Of a DNA stretch of 34,028 nucleotides, positions 1-9,635 are shown one piece after another; position 1 is the stretch's first letter, and every line of letters begins with the position of its first letter. The position numbers and the translations under genes are program-made. This DNA comes from an uncultured Candidatus Saccharibacteria bacterium (GTDB lineage Bacteria > Patescibacteriota > Minisyncoccia > Minisyncoccales > UBA1441), in NCBI GenBank assembly GCA_964572275.1, contig CAZNED010000004.1, positions 1-34,028 on the forward strand, given 5' to 3'. The notes beneath the pieces are model-generated. The model ran no database searches and was not told the DNA's origin. It saw nothing but the letters and a program-made list of their open reading frames with translations.

Positions 1-234
1 TCTGAGCAAAATAATCCCATGAAGCAAAGAGAAATCTTTGAAGCTCAAGAGAAAATCTTCAAAATGGGTTACGAAGAAGCGCAAAGAATGGATGAAGATT
101 TCTTAATGGCTCTAGAGTACGGCATGCCCCCGGCGGCTGGATTTGGTATGGGAATTGATAGATTAGCAGCCTTCATGGCCAATGTTCATTCATTAAGAGA
201 AACTATTTTCTTTCCAACTACGCGTCCTAAATAA
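1..234 (+). CDS. lysS: Lysyl-tRNA synthetase (class II), C-terminal fragment truncated by the window edge
   Basis: Frame is open from base 1; DEDFLMALEYGMPPAAGFGMGIDRL...RETIFFP is the motif 3 region of class II LysRS. Confidence 0.93.
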   Translation, partial: SEQNNPMKQREIFEAQEKIFKMGYEEAQRMDEDFLMALEYGMPPAAGFGMGIDRLAAFMANVHSLRETIFFPTTRPK

Positions 235-236
235 AT

Positions 237-1475
237 ATGTTAGATTTAGATTTTATTAGAGAAAATTTAGAGTTAGTAAAATCAAGTTGTGCACAACGAA
301 GATTTGAATTTGATGCTGATAATTTTATTGTCCTAGATGATAGAAGAAGAGCTATTATAAAGACCATCAACGATTTAAGACAATCTAGAAATAAATTAAG
401 CGATCGGAATGACGCTGCTCCTAAACAGATAATGGAAGAGGGACGCGCGTTAAAAGTTAAAATAAAAGAGAGCGAAGATATTTTGAAAAATATAGAAAAT
501 AATCTGATTATTATTGTTAATTCTATCCCAAATATATTGTTACCTAGCGTTCCTGAAGGAAACAACGAAAAAGATAATATTGTTTTACGTGAATATGGTG
601 TTCTACCTAAATTCGATTTTAATTTTAAAAGCTATCTAGAGCTAGGGGAAGATCTGAATTTAATTGATATTCCTCGGGCTACGAAAATAGCAGGAAGCCG
701 GTTTAGCTATCTAAAAAATGAATTAGTTTTAATACAGTTTGCTTTGTTAGATTTAGTCTTTGAGATTGCCAGAAGATTTGATTTTCAACCTGTAATCCCT
801 CCAGTTATGATAAAGCCTGATCTTATGGAACAATTAGGATATACATCTTTAAAGGAAAGCAATATTTATCTAATCGAGAAAGATGAATTGAATTTAGTGG
901 GCACTGCCGAGCAAAGCATAGCTGCTATGCATCAAGAAGAGACATTGTCTGATTTGCCTAAACGTTACATAGGGTATTCTACTTGTTTTCGCAGAGAGGC
1001 TGGGACCTATGGTCGCGAATTAAAGGGAATCTTACGAGTGCATCAATTTGATAAAGCGGAACTATTTAGCTTTTGTCATCCTGAAAAATCACAAGAAGAG
1101 CATGATTTATTTATTCAATTAGAAGAAGAGATTATGCAATCATTGAATATACCATATCGGGTTGTGGCACTTTCCAGTGGCGACTTATCCAAACCATCAG
1201 CGACTACTGTCGATATTGAATCATGGCTACCATCGGAGTCAAGATATCTCGAAACACACTCTTCTTCAAATTGTACCGACTATCAGGCGAGGGGGCTTAA
1301 TATCTTTTGTCGAAATGACAATAAATTAACGCCTGTCCATACCGTTAATGGTACAGCTCTAGCAATGAGCCGAATTTTGGCAGTTATTCTCGAAAATTAT
1401 CAGCAGGCCAACGGTTCTATCGCAATACCGAAAGTTTTACAGAATCGTTTAAATTTCAAAAATATTTCTAAATGA
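237..1475 (+). CDS. serS: Seryl-tRNA synthetase
   Basis: MLDLDFIREN N-terminus with coiled-coil arm, GTAEQ, STCFRREAG, GILRVHQFDK, SNCTDYQAR, HTVNGT, ILENYQ. Confidence 0.97.
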   Translation: MLDLDFIRENLELVKSSCAQRRFEFDADNFIVLDDRRRAIIKTINDLRQSRNKLSDRNDAAPKQIMEEGRALKVKIKESEDILKNIENNLIIIVNSIPNILLPSVPEGNNEKDNIVLREYGVLPKFDFNFKSYLELGEDLNLIDIPRATKIAGSRFSYLKNELVLIQFALLDLVFEIARRFDFQPVIPPVMIKPDLMEQLGYTSLKESNIYLIEKDELNLVGTAEQSIAAMHQEETLSDLPKRYIGYSTCFRREAGTYGRELKGILRVHQFDKAELFSFCHPEKSQEEHDLFIQLEEEIMQSLNIPYRVVALSSGDLSKPSATTVDIESWLPSESRYLETHSSSNCTDYQARGLNIFCRNDNKLTPVHTVNGTALAMSRILAVILENYQQANGSIAIPKVLQNRLNFKNISK

Positions 1476-2275
1476 ACGAGCAAATTGTAGTGGATGGATT
1501 GAAAGTTAATTATTCATTAACCGGCCACGGTCATCCGGTTTTAATTTTGCATGGATGGGGAAGTCGATCGAATGCCTGGCTGAATGTTCAAAATAAATTA
1601 TCTGAAAATTCGTCATTTAAAATAATAATTCCAGATTTAATAGGTTTCGGTCAAAGCGATCTACCAAAAATTGGATGGAATATGGATAATTATGTTGATT
1701 GGTTGGAGTTATTCATCATAGAATTATCTTCTCGGCATCCAGAATTCAAGAATCCGATATTTTTGATGGGACATTCTTTTGGGGGCAGGATTTCTGTTAA
1801 AGCAGCTGCTCGAGGAATAATACCTATTAAAGGATTGGTCTTGTGCGGGGCGGCCGGGCTAAAATCAGAAACCAGTATCAAATTGCAGATTATATCAGAT
1901 ATTGCAAAATCAGCTTCGCGTTTTATTGATAGAGTGCATTTAGACCGTCTTAAGACATATATGCGCGATTTTTATTATCATTTATTACGGCAAAATGACT
2001 ATCTTAATGTACCTCGCGTTATGAGAGATACTTTTAGAAAAGTTATAGAAGAAGATCTCACAGTCTATCTGCCAGCCATTCGTCAAAAAACATTGATTGT
2101 TTGGGGGGCAGAAGATCGCGTTGTTCCCGTGAAACAAGCATATCGTTTTCATCAAGGAATTATAGATTCTAAATTGGAAGTTATACCTTGTGTTGGACAT
2201 AGTCCTCAGTTAGAGCGCCCAGATGAATTAGCCGAAATATTATTGAATTTCTTCAAGGCTTGCAATTATAAATAA
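1472..2275 (+). CDS. Alpha/beta fold hydrolase
   Basis: LHGWG oxyanion motif, PDLIGFGQS, GHSFGG nucleophile elbow, WGAEDRVVP acid, GHSPQLE His; ATGA overlap with serS. Confidence 0.92.
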   Translation: MNEQIVVDGLKVNYSLTGHGHPVLILHGWGSRSNAWLNVQNKLSENSSFKIIIPDLIGFGQSDLPKIGWNMDNYVDWLELFIIELSSRHPEFKNPIFLMGHSFGGRISVKAAARGIIPIKGLVLCGAAGLKSETSIKLQIISDIAKSASRFIDRVHLDRLKTYMRDFYYHLLRQNDYLNVPRVMRDTFRKVIEEDLTVYLPAIRQKTLIVWGAEDRVVPVKQAYRFHQGIIDSKLEVIPCVGHSPQLERPDELAEILLNFFKACNYK

Positions 2276-3891
2276 TGACCATGGTAGATATTTTCCAAGG
2301 ACAACAATATTATTATCTATTGTTCGCTTTACTTGGATTATTACATTTAACCCGCGAGATTTTGCTTTATTTCAATTTTTGGCAGATAAAACAATATAGA
2401 TGGGACAGATTAAAAGATGGTTTAAAAGAAAATTATTGGGTTTTATTGCCACGATCAGCTGTCATTTCCAGTCTTATTCTATTATCTTGTTTCTTCTTAA
2501 CAGAACAATTATTCGCTTATTTAACATTAATAAATTTATTAATCTGGGATGGATATGCTGCCGTAAAATTATTGAAAAAGAAATGGGTTTATCCTATTGC
2601 CACCAAAAAATCGAAGGTATTCTTTTTGGGAGCATTAGTGGCCCTTATACTATTTAAAACATTAGCATTCGTTTATTTTCCATTGTACTTACCGCAGATC
2701 ACCTTATTATTAATAGCTTTTGCTCCCATCCTTGCCTTAATTTACTTGATTGCGGCAGAATGGCCGGCGCAATTAATGAAAAACAGAATCATTAATAAAG
2801 CTAAACTGCATAGAAATAAATTTCCTGAATTAAAAGTGATTGGCATTACTGGCTCATTCGGGAAAACCTCTGTAAAAGATTTTCTATATCATTTCTTATC
2901 TTACAAATATGGCTCTGATAAGATTGTGCGCACAGAAGGTAATATCAATACGCAATTAGGAATCGCTCAAACTGTCCTGAGCAAAATTAATAAAGAAACA
3001 ATCTTTTTTATTTGCGAAATGGGAGCATATCGACCAAATGAGATCAAAAAAAGCGCTGAATTAGCTAAACCTCAAATAGGAATTTTAACGGGAATCAATG
3101 GCCAGCATTCATCACTTTTTGGCTCTCAAAAGAAAATTATCTTGGCCAAATATGAATTAATTCAATCGCTTCCCAAAAATGGACTAGCTGTTTTCAATGG
3201 TGATAATCGTTGGTCAAGATTATTAGCCGAGAAATTTAATAATAAGATAATTGTTTCAACAAAAACTCAAAATAATTCTAGCTGGTTTTCTTCCAATGTT
3301 AAAATTGAGAAAAAATCACTTGATTTCACGATGATAAAAGGATCGGAAAAGATAGATTTTAAAACAAGTTTAATCGGCAGTCAAAATATAATCAATATTA
3401 TGATGGCTAGCGTGGTTGCTTTAAAATTGGGGTTGAATATCGAAGAAATTTCAAAAGCATCTCTTTCTTTGCCATTCCCAGCCAAAAGTCCATATATTTT
3501 TAATTATAATAGATCAGATATTATCGATGCTACTTATTCAAGTAATCCTGATGGAGCGTTAGCCCATTTGCATCATTTACGATTATGGTCTGGTTATCGG
3601 GCCATAATAATGCATGGTTTTATTGAGCTTGGATTAAACACAAATAAGGCTTATTATCAATTAGGGCGCGCTATAGGCAGATGTTGCCATATCGCTATTT
3701 TTACCGATGATCATAATTTAGAATTTATAAAAAAAGGTTTGGTTTCGGTAGAAGGTGAAACTGAAATAATTTTTACCAAAAATATTAATGAAATACTCGA
3801 GAAAATAAAGAAGTTTCAAAAACCAGAAGATATAATTCTTTTAGAAGGACGATTAAAAAAAGAACTTATGAACTCTTTAAAAAGAGCATGA
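2275..3891 (+). CDS. murF: MurF-like Mur ligase with an N-terminal multi-pass membrane domain
   Basis: GITGSFGKTSVK P-loop, GNINTQLG, EMGAY, N-G-D, DATYSSNP, IELG; about 160 hydrophobic N-terminal residues. Confidence 0.8.
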   Translation: MTMVDIFQGQQYYYLLFALLGLLHLTREILLYFNFWQIKQYRWDRLKDGLKENYWVLLPRSAVISSLILLSCFFLTEQLFAYLTLINLLIWDGYAAVKLLKKKWVYPIATKKSKVFFLGALVALILFKTLAFVYFPLYLPQITLLLIAFAPILALIYLIAAEWPAQLMKNRIINKAKLHRNKFPELKVIGITGSFGKTSVKDFLYHFLSYKYGSDKIVRTEGNINTQLGIAQTVLSKINKETIFFICEMGAYRPNEIKKSAELAKPQIGILTGINGQHSSLFGSQKKIILAKYELIQSLPKNGLAVFNGDNRWSRLLAEKFNNKIIVSTKTQNNSSWFSSNVKIEKKSLDFTMIKGSEKIDFKTSLIGSQNIINIMMASVVALKLGLNIEEISKASLSLPFPAKSPYIFNYNRSDIIDATYSSNPDGALAHLHHLRLWSGYRAIIMHGFIELGLNTNKAYYQLGRAIGRCCHIAIFTDDHNLEFIKKGLVSVEGETEIIFTKNINEILEKIKKFQKPEDIILLEGRLKKELMNSLKRA

Positions 3892-5135
3892 AATCATTAT
3901 TTTCGGCTTTATCACCAAATATAGAAAAAGATGATCTTTTATTGACGAAAAAGGTATTAAAGCGATCTGTTGATGAAGACATTAACCATGTTCAAATACT
4001 AACAGGATTATTCAATGAATATTTAGGAGGAAAATCGTTTGCTTTTCAAAGTGGTCGCATGGCATTTTGGGCTATTCTCAGGTCATTTTCCTGGCCCGCA
4101 GGGAGTGAAATAATTGTTCCAGGATTTACCTGTGCTGCAGCAATTAATCCTATAATTTGGTCTGAACTAAAACCTGTTTTTGTCGATATTAATGAAAGCC
4201 TTAATATAGATCTTAAGAAGATAGAGTCAAAAATTTCTGGGAAAACAAAGGGTATTTTAGTCCAACATACATTTGGTCTTCCTGTAGATATGATAAAGAT
4301 AAAAGAACTGGCTGAGAAATATAATTTAAAAATTATAGAGGATTGTGCTCATAGTTTAGGATCTAATTTTAGAGGAAAGTTGCTTGGCTCTTGGGGAGAT
4401 GCGGCATTTTTCAGTCTAGGGCGGGATAAAATTATTTCATCTGTTTTTGGAGGATTAGCATTCACCAATAATTCTTTGTTGGCTGATCGTCTTGCAAATT
4501 TGATGCAAGAAGCCAGTTACCCTAGCAATAAATGGATTAAGCAACAATTGCGACATCCTTTGTTAACGGCTAAATGGATCATGCCATATTATAATAAGAA
4601 AGAGTTAGGAAGAAAAATTCTTTTATTCTCTCAAAAGATAGGCTTATTATCAAAAGCCATGACACGGGAGGAGAAAATGGGTAAGATGAGGTCTGATGAA
4701 TTAATACAGATGCCTCAATCTTTAGCAATTTTAGCGATAAATCAATTTTCAAAGTTAAATTATCATCAGCAGCATCGTATAAAAATTGCTAATTTTTATC
4801 GTGAAAAATTAAAAAATCTACCAATATTATTGCCTCGGGAAGATACTGAAAGAACTTATTTGAAATTTAATATTATCTTTTCAGATAAAAAAACAGCTGA
4901 TGACATGTTGAAATATTTTCGCTCTCAAAATATCTATCTATATGATGGATGGAAGGATAGCCCAATTGTTCCATCTGATGTTGATTTATCGGCCATGCAA
5001 TATCAAAAAGGAATTTGTTCAGTAGCCGAGGATCTGTCAGGAAAATTAGTTAATCTACCGACTCATATTAATATTTCCATGGAAGATGCTTCTCGGATAG
5101 TTGAAACGATAAAATCATTTTTAAATACTCTTTGA
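3888..5135 (+). CDS. DegT/DnrJ/EryC1/StrS family PLP-dependent aminotransferase
   Basis: SGRMA, VPGFTC, QHTFG, IIEDCAHSLG, FFSLGRDK (PLP lysine)...GG, C-terminal LVNLPTH. Confidence 0.9.
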   Translation: MKSLFSALSPNIEKDDLLLTKKVLKRSVDEDINHVQILTGLFNEYLGGKSFAFQSGRMAFWAILRSFSWPAGSEIIVPGFTCAAAINPIIWSELKPVFVDINESLNIDLKKIESKISGKTKGILVQHTFGLPVDMIKIKELAEKYNLKIIEDCAHSLGSNFRGKLLGSWGDAAFFSLGRDKIISSVFGGLAFTNNSLLADRLANLMQEASYPSNKWIKQQLRHPLLTAKWIMPYYNKKELGRKILLFSQKIGLLSKAMTREEKMGKMRSDELIQMPQSLAILAINQFSKLNYHQQHRIKIANFYREKLKNLPILLPREDTERTYLKFNIIFSDKKTADDMLKYFRSQNIYLYDGWKDSPIVPSDVDLSAMQYQKGICSVAEDLSGKLVNLPTHINISMEDASRIVETIKSFLNTL

Positions 5136-5159
5136 TTTTGAGGATCAATCCAGTACAAT
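5132..5159 (+). promoter_or_regulatory. Putative sigma70 promoter for rarA (possibly leaderless)
   Basis: TTGATT (5132-5137), 16 bp, TACAAT (5154-5159); ATG at 5167 lies 7 nt after the -10. Confidence 0.5.
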
Positions 5160-5166
5160 ATGTTTG

Positions 5167-6384
5167 ATGATGGATCTATTTGAGGAACGCCTTAAAAAAC
5201 AGGCTCCTTTGGCTGATCGCATGCGACCAACCACCTTTGATGAATTTCTTGGCCAGGAAGACTTAACAGCGCCAGGAAGTCCTTTGCGACGGGCAATTGA
5301 CAGCGAACATATTGGTTCTTTGATATTTTGGGGACCACCCGGTTCGGGGAAAACCACTTTAGCATATCTTATCGCTCATTCCATGGATGTATTCTGGAAA
5401 GAATTTTCAGCTGTGGCAACAAGTATAAATGATGTACGCCAAGCCATTTATCGAGCTGAAGAAATGATCAAATTAAAAGAGAAAAGAACGGTCATTTTTA
5501 TCGATGAAATCCATCGATTTAACAAGGCACAACAGGATGCCTTGCTTCCATATGTTGAAAAAGGAGCCATAATCTTAATAGGCGCCACAACTGAAAATCC
5601 TTCTTTTGAGGTAATCACGCCCTTACTTTCAAGGCTAACTGTTTATGTTGTTAAACCTATGGGTCGAGAAGTATTAGAAAAGATATTGCTGAGAGCTCTT
5701 AATGATGAGAATAAGGGATTGGGAAAATTGAATCTAACAATAGATAATAAAGCATTAAAATATTTAACTTCTTATGCTGATGGAGATGCCAGATCCGCTC
5801 TTAATGGATTAGAATTTGCAGCTCATTATTTTTATAATATCGGACAGAAAAATATTGATGAGAATGGAATGCAAAAAGCCTTAAAGCAACACGTCTTGCA
5901 TTATGATAAAAGAGGGGAGGAACATTATAATTTAATTTCGGCTTTCATAAAATGCTTACGTGATTCAGATACAGATGCTGCTCTTTATTGGCTGGCTCGC
6001 ATGATAGAATCCGGCGAAGATCCAAAATTCATAGCTCGCCGCATGATAGTCTTTGCCTCAGAAGATATCGGCAATGCAGATATAAATGCCTTACAATTAG
6101 CAGTTTCTGTAGCTCGAGCCGTTGAATTTGTTGGCCTGCCTGAAGCGCGCATCAATCTGGCCCATGGAGTAGTCTATTTAGCAAGGACAAAGAAGAGTCG
6201 AACATCGTACGATGCTTTAATGAGAGCTACAGAAGATGCCAAAAAAGGATCTTTCGGTGTTCCTCTAGGGTTACGAAATCCTGTTACCGAATTGATGAAG
6301 AATATCGGTTATGGCCAACAAAATGATGAGAGAAAATCTAATTTTCCCGAAGAAATTGGATTCGCTAAATATTATCATGAATAA
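5167..6384 (+). CDS. rarA: Replication-associated recombination protein A (MgsA/RarA AAA+ ATPase)
   Basis: [60 protein letters not shown]; start set at ATG 5167 (5170 possible). Confidence 0.95.
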   Translation: MMDLFEERLKKQAPLADRMRPTTFDEFLGQEDLTAPGSPLRRAIDSEHIGSLIFWGPPGSGKTTLAYLIAHSMDVFWKEFSAVATSINDVRQAIYRAEEMIKLKEKRTVIFIDEIHRFNKAQQDALLPYVEKGAIILIGATTENPSFEVITPLLSRLTVYVVKPMGREVLEKILLRALNDENKGLGKLNLTIDNKALKYLTSYADGDARSALNGLEFAAHYFYNIGQKNIDENGMQKALKQHVLHYDKRGEEHYNLISAFIKCLRDSDTDAALYWLARMIESGEDPKFIARRMIVFASEDIGNADINALQLAVSVARAVEFVGLPEARINLAHGVVYLARTKKSRTSYDALMRATEDAKKGSFGVPLGLRNPVTELMKNIGYGQQNDERKSNFPEEIGFAKYYHE

Positions 6385-7624
6385 TCAGAAAACATATCGC
6401 GTATTCGAGCTCAATTCAGTTATCAAAGATATCCTAGAAGGATCTTGCTCTTATCCGATTTGGATTCAGGGAGAAATTAGTGATTTTGATAAAAATATCA
6501 ATCATCAGAATATTTATTTTCAATTAAATGAAAAAGATAACAATAAAGATAATATCCTCTCGTCTATTAAATGCGTTTTGTATGAATTTAAAAAAGAAAT
6601 GATAAGAATGCGCTTAAGAGAGGCGGGCGTTAAGATAACCCATATGGATGGATTAAATGTTCGTCTTAGGGTGCAATTGACCGCTAGCCAGCGTTATGGA
6701 AATTATTTGTTAATTATTCAAGACATTGATCCATCTTTTACGCTTGGACAGATTGCTCGGAACCGTGAGGAAATAATTGATTGGCTGAAAAAGCATAATT
6801 TATTGGATAAAAACAAAAAACAAAATCTTTCATTGTTGCCTTTCAGAATTGGATTAATCACGAATGAAGGAGAAGCTTATCACGATTTCATAAATAGATT
6901 AATTAAGAGTAGATTCGGTTTTAAAATATATTTTTACCAAGCTAGTGTTCAAGGCCCGAATATGGAGAAAGAGATAATTGCTGGGTTGAATTATTTTCGG
7001 AATATTTCAGATGAAATTGATACTATTGTCATCACGCGCGGTGGGGGATCGAGCGCAGATTTGAGCTGGTTTGATAATCGCATGATTTCAGAAAATATTG
7101 CTAATTTCCCAAAGCCAGTATTAACAGGAATCGGTCATTTTACCAATATTAGCATCACCGATTTAGTTGCTCATCAAAGCCTTGCTACACCTACAGCTGT
7201 TGCTGATTATCTGATCCAAAAGATTAATGATTTTGTTTCTCGATTAGAATATTATCGTCAAGAAATTTATTATCAAAACAATCTGATTATTAGAAAAATC
7301 AATCAAATAATTGAAAGTTATAAATTATTGTTAAAAAACCAAGCTCAAGGAATTTGTCGACAAAAGAAAGATGATTTAAAGAGAATAAAAAGTATTTTGC
7401 CAGAACTTAGCCAGAAATTCTTGAACGATCAAAAAGAAAATCATTCCATCACTCTAAACCAATTGGCTATCCTTGACCCAAAGAATATCATGAGAAGAGG
7501 ATTCAGCATTACTCGATTGAATAAACAAATTGTTATCAATGTCGATCAATTAAGTAAAGGAGATAATGTTACAACAATTCTTTATCAAGGAAAAATTTCA
7601 AGTAAAATTAATAAAATAAATTAA
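6377..7624 (+). CDS. xseA: Exodeoxyribonuclease VII large subunit
   Basis: OB-fold WIQGEIS...YFQL, VQG, RGGGS, TGIGH, TPTAVA, LDPKNIMRRGFS; start moved to in-frame ATG 6377; followed by xseB. Confidence 0.92.
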   Translation: MNNQKTYRVFELNSVIKDILEGSCSYPIWIQGEISDFDKNINHQNIYFQLNEKDNNKDNILSSIKCVLYEFKKEMIRMRLREAGVKITHMDGLNVRLRVQLTASQRYGNYLLIIQDIDPSFTLGQIARNREEIIDWLKKHNLLDKNKKQNLSLLPFRIGLITNEGEAYHDFINRLIKSRFGFKIYFYQASVQGPNMEKEIIAGLNYFRNISDEIDTIVITRGGGSSADLSWFDNRMISENIANFPKPVLTGIGHFTNISITDLVAHQSLATPTAVADYLIQKINDFVSRLEYYRQEIYYQNNLIIRKINQIIESYKLLLKNQAQGICRQKKDDLKRIKSILPELSQKFLNDQKENHSITLNQLAILDPKNIMRRGFSITRLNKQIVINVDQLSKGDNVTTILYQGKISSKINKIN

Positions 7625-7625
7625 C

Positions 7626-7847
7626 ATGGATAAAACTTCAAAAATTGTATCTTATCAAAAAGCATTGAATGATCTCGAAAAAATTTTAGAAGATCTTCGT
7701 GATGAAAAAATTGATATAGATCATCTTTCTACCAAATTGAAAAAAGCTTACGAACTGTTAAAGATTTGCCAGGCTAAAATCGATTCAGCTGAATTGGAAA
7801 TAAATAAAATAAATAATACTTTTAATAAAAATGAAAAATCTGTTTGA
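7626..7847 (+). CDS. xseB: Exodeoxyribonuclease VII small subunit
   Basis: SYQKALNDLEKILEDL...IDHL...LLKICQAKIDSAE pattern; 73 aa, directly after xseA. Confidence 0.9.
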   Translation: MDKTSKIVSYQKALNDLEKILEDLRDEKIDIDHLSTKLKKAYELLKICQAKIDSAELEINKINNTFNKNEKSV

Positions 7848-8556
7848 CGTTAATTCTTCGATCCCTTTTAAAATAAGCCGAAGTCGTTTGGAAAGATTTA
7901 TAGAATGCCCTCGTTGTTTTTATTTAGAAACAAAAAGAGGAATTTCTCGTCCCTCTACTCCTGGATTTTCATTGAATATGGCAGTAGATGCCTTGTTAAA
8001 AAAAGAATTCGATATTTTCCGGAATAAAAATATTGCTCATCCTCTGATGGAAGCATATGGTGTTAAAGCTGTGCCATTAAATCACCCTGATATGAATGAA
8101 TGGCGCAATAATTTTAAAGGAATATCCTTTCATCATAAACCAACTAATTTTATTATTTATGGAGCGGTCGATGATATTTGGCAAGACGAAAAAGGCAATC
8201 TTATTGTAGTTGATTACAAGGCGACCAGCACCACTAAGAATATTTCCCTTGACGACCCTTATCGTCAGAGTTATAAAAGACAAATGGAAATATATCAATG
8301 GATATTAAGGCAAAAAGGATTTAATATCTCTAATCTTGGTTATTTTGTTTATGCCAATGGAGAAAAAGACAAAGAAGCATTTGATGGTCGCTTAGAATTT
8401 AAAGTAGAGTTGATTCCTTATGAAGGAGATGACAGTTGGGTGGAAAAAATCATTGAGCAGGTGCATGACTGTTTGATAAAAGAAAATATTCCAGTTTCAG
8501 GCGAAGATTGTGAATATTGTAAATATCATAGGCAATTATCGGAGGCGGAAAAGTAA
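7831..8556 (+). CDS. PD-(D/E)XK nuclease (RecB/AddB/Cas4-like fold) with four cysteines
   Basis: SRSRLERFIECPRCFY, GAVDD, VVDYK, QMEIY, C-terminal CEYC. Confidence 0.85.
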   Translation: MKNLFDVNSSIPFKISRSRLERFIECPRCFYLETKRGISRPSTPGFSLNMAVDALLKKEFDIFRNKNIAHPLMEAYGVKAVPLNHPDMNEWRNNFKGISFHHKPTNFIIYGAVDDIWQDEKGNLIVVDYKATSTTKNISLDDPYRQSYKRQMEIYQWILRQKGFNISNLGYFVYANGEKDKEAFDGRLEFKVELIPYEGDDSWVEKIIEQVHDCLIKENIPVSGEDCEYCKYHRQLSEAEK

Positions 8557-8576
8557 AATTCTACTAAAATATTTAT

Positions 8577-9635
8577 ATGGATAATTTTAGGATTTCCATA
8601 ATTGAAAATAAAGATCAATGGGAAGCATTGAATGGAGTTTGTCGTGAAAAAACTTTTATGCATTCTTGGTCTTCCAAGGAATGGCGCAAAGCTATGGGGC
8701 AGGAAGTTAAATTATTAGGAATTTGGGATAATGAAACGTTGGCTGGGGGAGTATTATGCGTAACAATGCCTCTCATTAAAAAATTAGGATTAAAACTTTC
8801 CTTCTTTTTTATTCCTCATGGTCCTCTAATACATCCTCAATATGAATCTCGAAAAAAGGAAATTTTGTCAAATATTACATCTTATCTAAAAGACATAGCT
8901 CGTCAACGAAGAGATATTATTTTTTTAAGAATTGCTCCAGCTTGGATTCATTTGCCAGAACATGAAGATATCTTGCGCACAATTGGATTTCGCCCTGCTC
9001 CAATGTTTATTGTACCGGAAATAACTTGGTCGTTAGACGTTTCTCAACCCGAAGAGAAGATTCTTGAGAGTATGCGGAAAACGACACGTTATCTCATTAG
9101 AAAGGGATTGAATAATCCTGATCTAACAATTAAGAAAGGAGAAAATGAAGAAGATTTAGAAATCTTTTTAAATCTATATAAAGAAACTGTGAATCGACAT
9201 GATTTTCAAGCCTTTACGTTAGATTATCTTAGAAAAGAGCTAGCATACCTCAAGAGAGAAGGGCAAATCTTGATATTAAATGCTTTTTATCATCAAGAAC
9301 CTATTGCCTCTGCGATGATCGTTTTTTACAAAGATACGGCTTATTATCATCAGGGAGCTTCTACTGCAAGTCAACCCAAAGATGCTCCTGGATCATATTT
9401 AATTCAATGGGCAGCTATTCAAGAAGCCAAAAAAAGAAATTGTTCAAGCTATAATTTCTGGGGAATTGCTGATATCGAAACTCCTGAACATGCCTATTAT
9501 GGTTTGAGCTTATTTAAGAAAGGATTTGGTGGATTCAGAACAGATTATGTGCCAACTCATGACATAATATGGCGTTGGCCCTATTGGTTTAATTACATAA
9601 TAGAAAAAAACCGGCGTAGAAAAAGGAAATTATGA
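8577..9635 (+). CDS. FemABX family aminoacyl-tRNA-dependent peptidoglycan transferase
   Basis: FMHSW, IPHGP, MRKTTRYLIRK, YYHQGAS, QWAAIQEAK, YNFWGI, GLSLFKKGFGG. Confidence 0.9.
   Translation: MDNFRISIIENKDQWEALNGVCREKTFMHSWSSKEWRKAMGQEVKLLGIWDNETLAGGVLCVTMPLIKKLGLKLSFFFIPHGPLIHPQYESRKKEILSNITSYLKDIARQRRDIIFLRIAPAWIHLPEHEDILRTIGFRPAPMFIVPEITWSLDVSQPEEKILESMRKTTRYLIRKGLNNPDLTIKKGENEEDLEIFLNLYKETVNRHDFQAFTLDYLRKELAYLKREGQILILNAFYHQEPIASAMIVFYKDTAYYHQGASTASQPKDAPGSYLIQWAAIQEAKKRNCSSYNFWGIADIETPEHAYYGLSLFKKGFGGFRTDYVPTHDIIWRWPYWFNYIIEKNRRRKRKL

Noticed and set aside
229-238. AAATAAATAT before serS is perfectly complementary to the 16S tail
   Set aside because: The match overlaps the ATG itself and the lysS stop codon, so the spacing is wrong for SD-like pairing.
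7831-8556. Cas4 / CRISPR interpretation of the nuclease
   Set aside because: No cas1, cas2 or repeat-spacer array is visible in the window, and the Cys spacing differs from Cas4.
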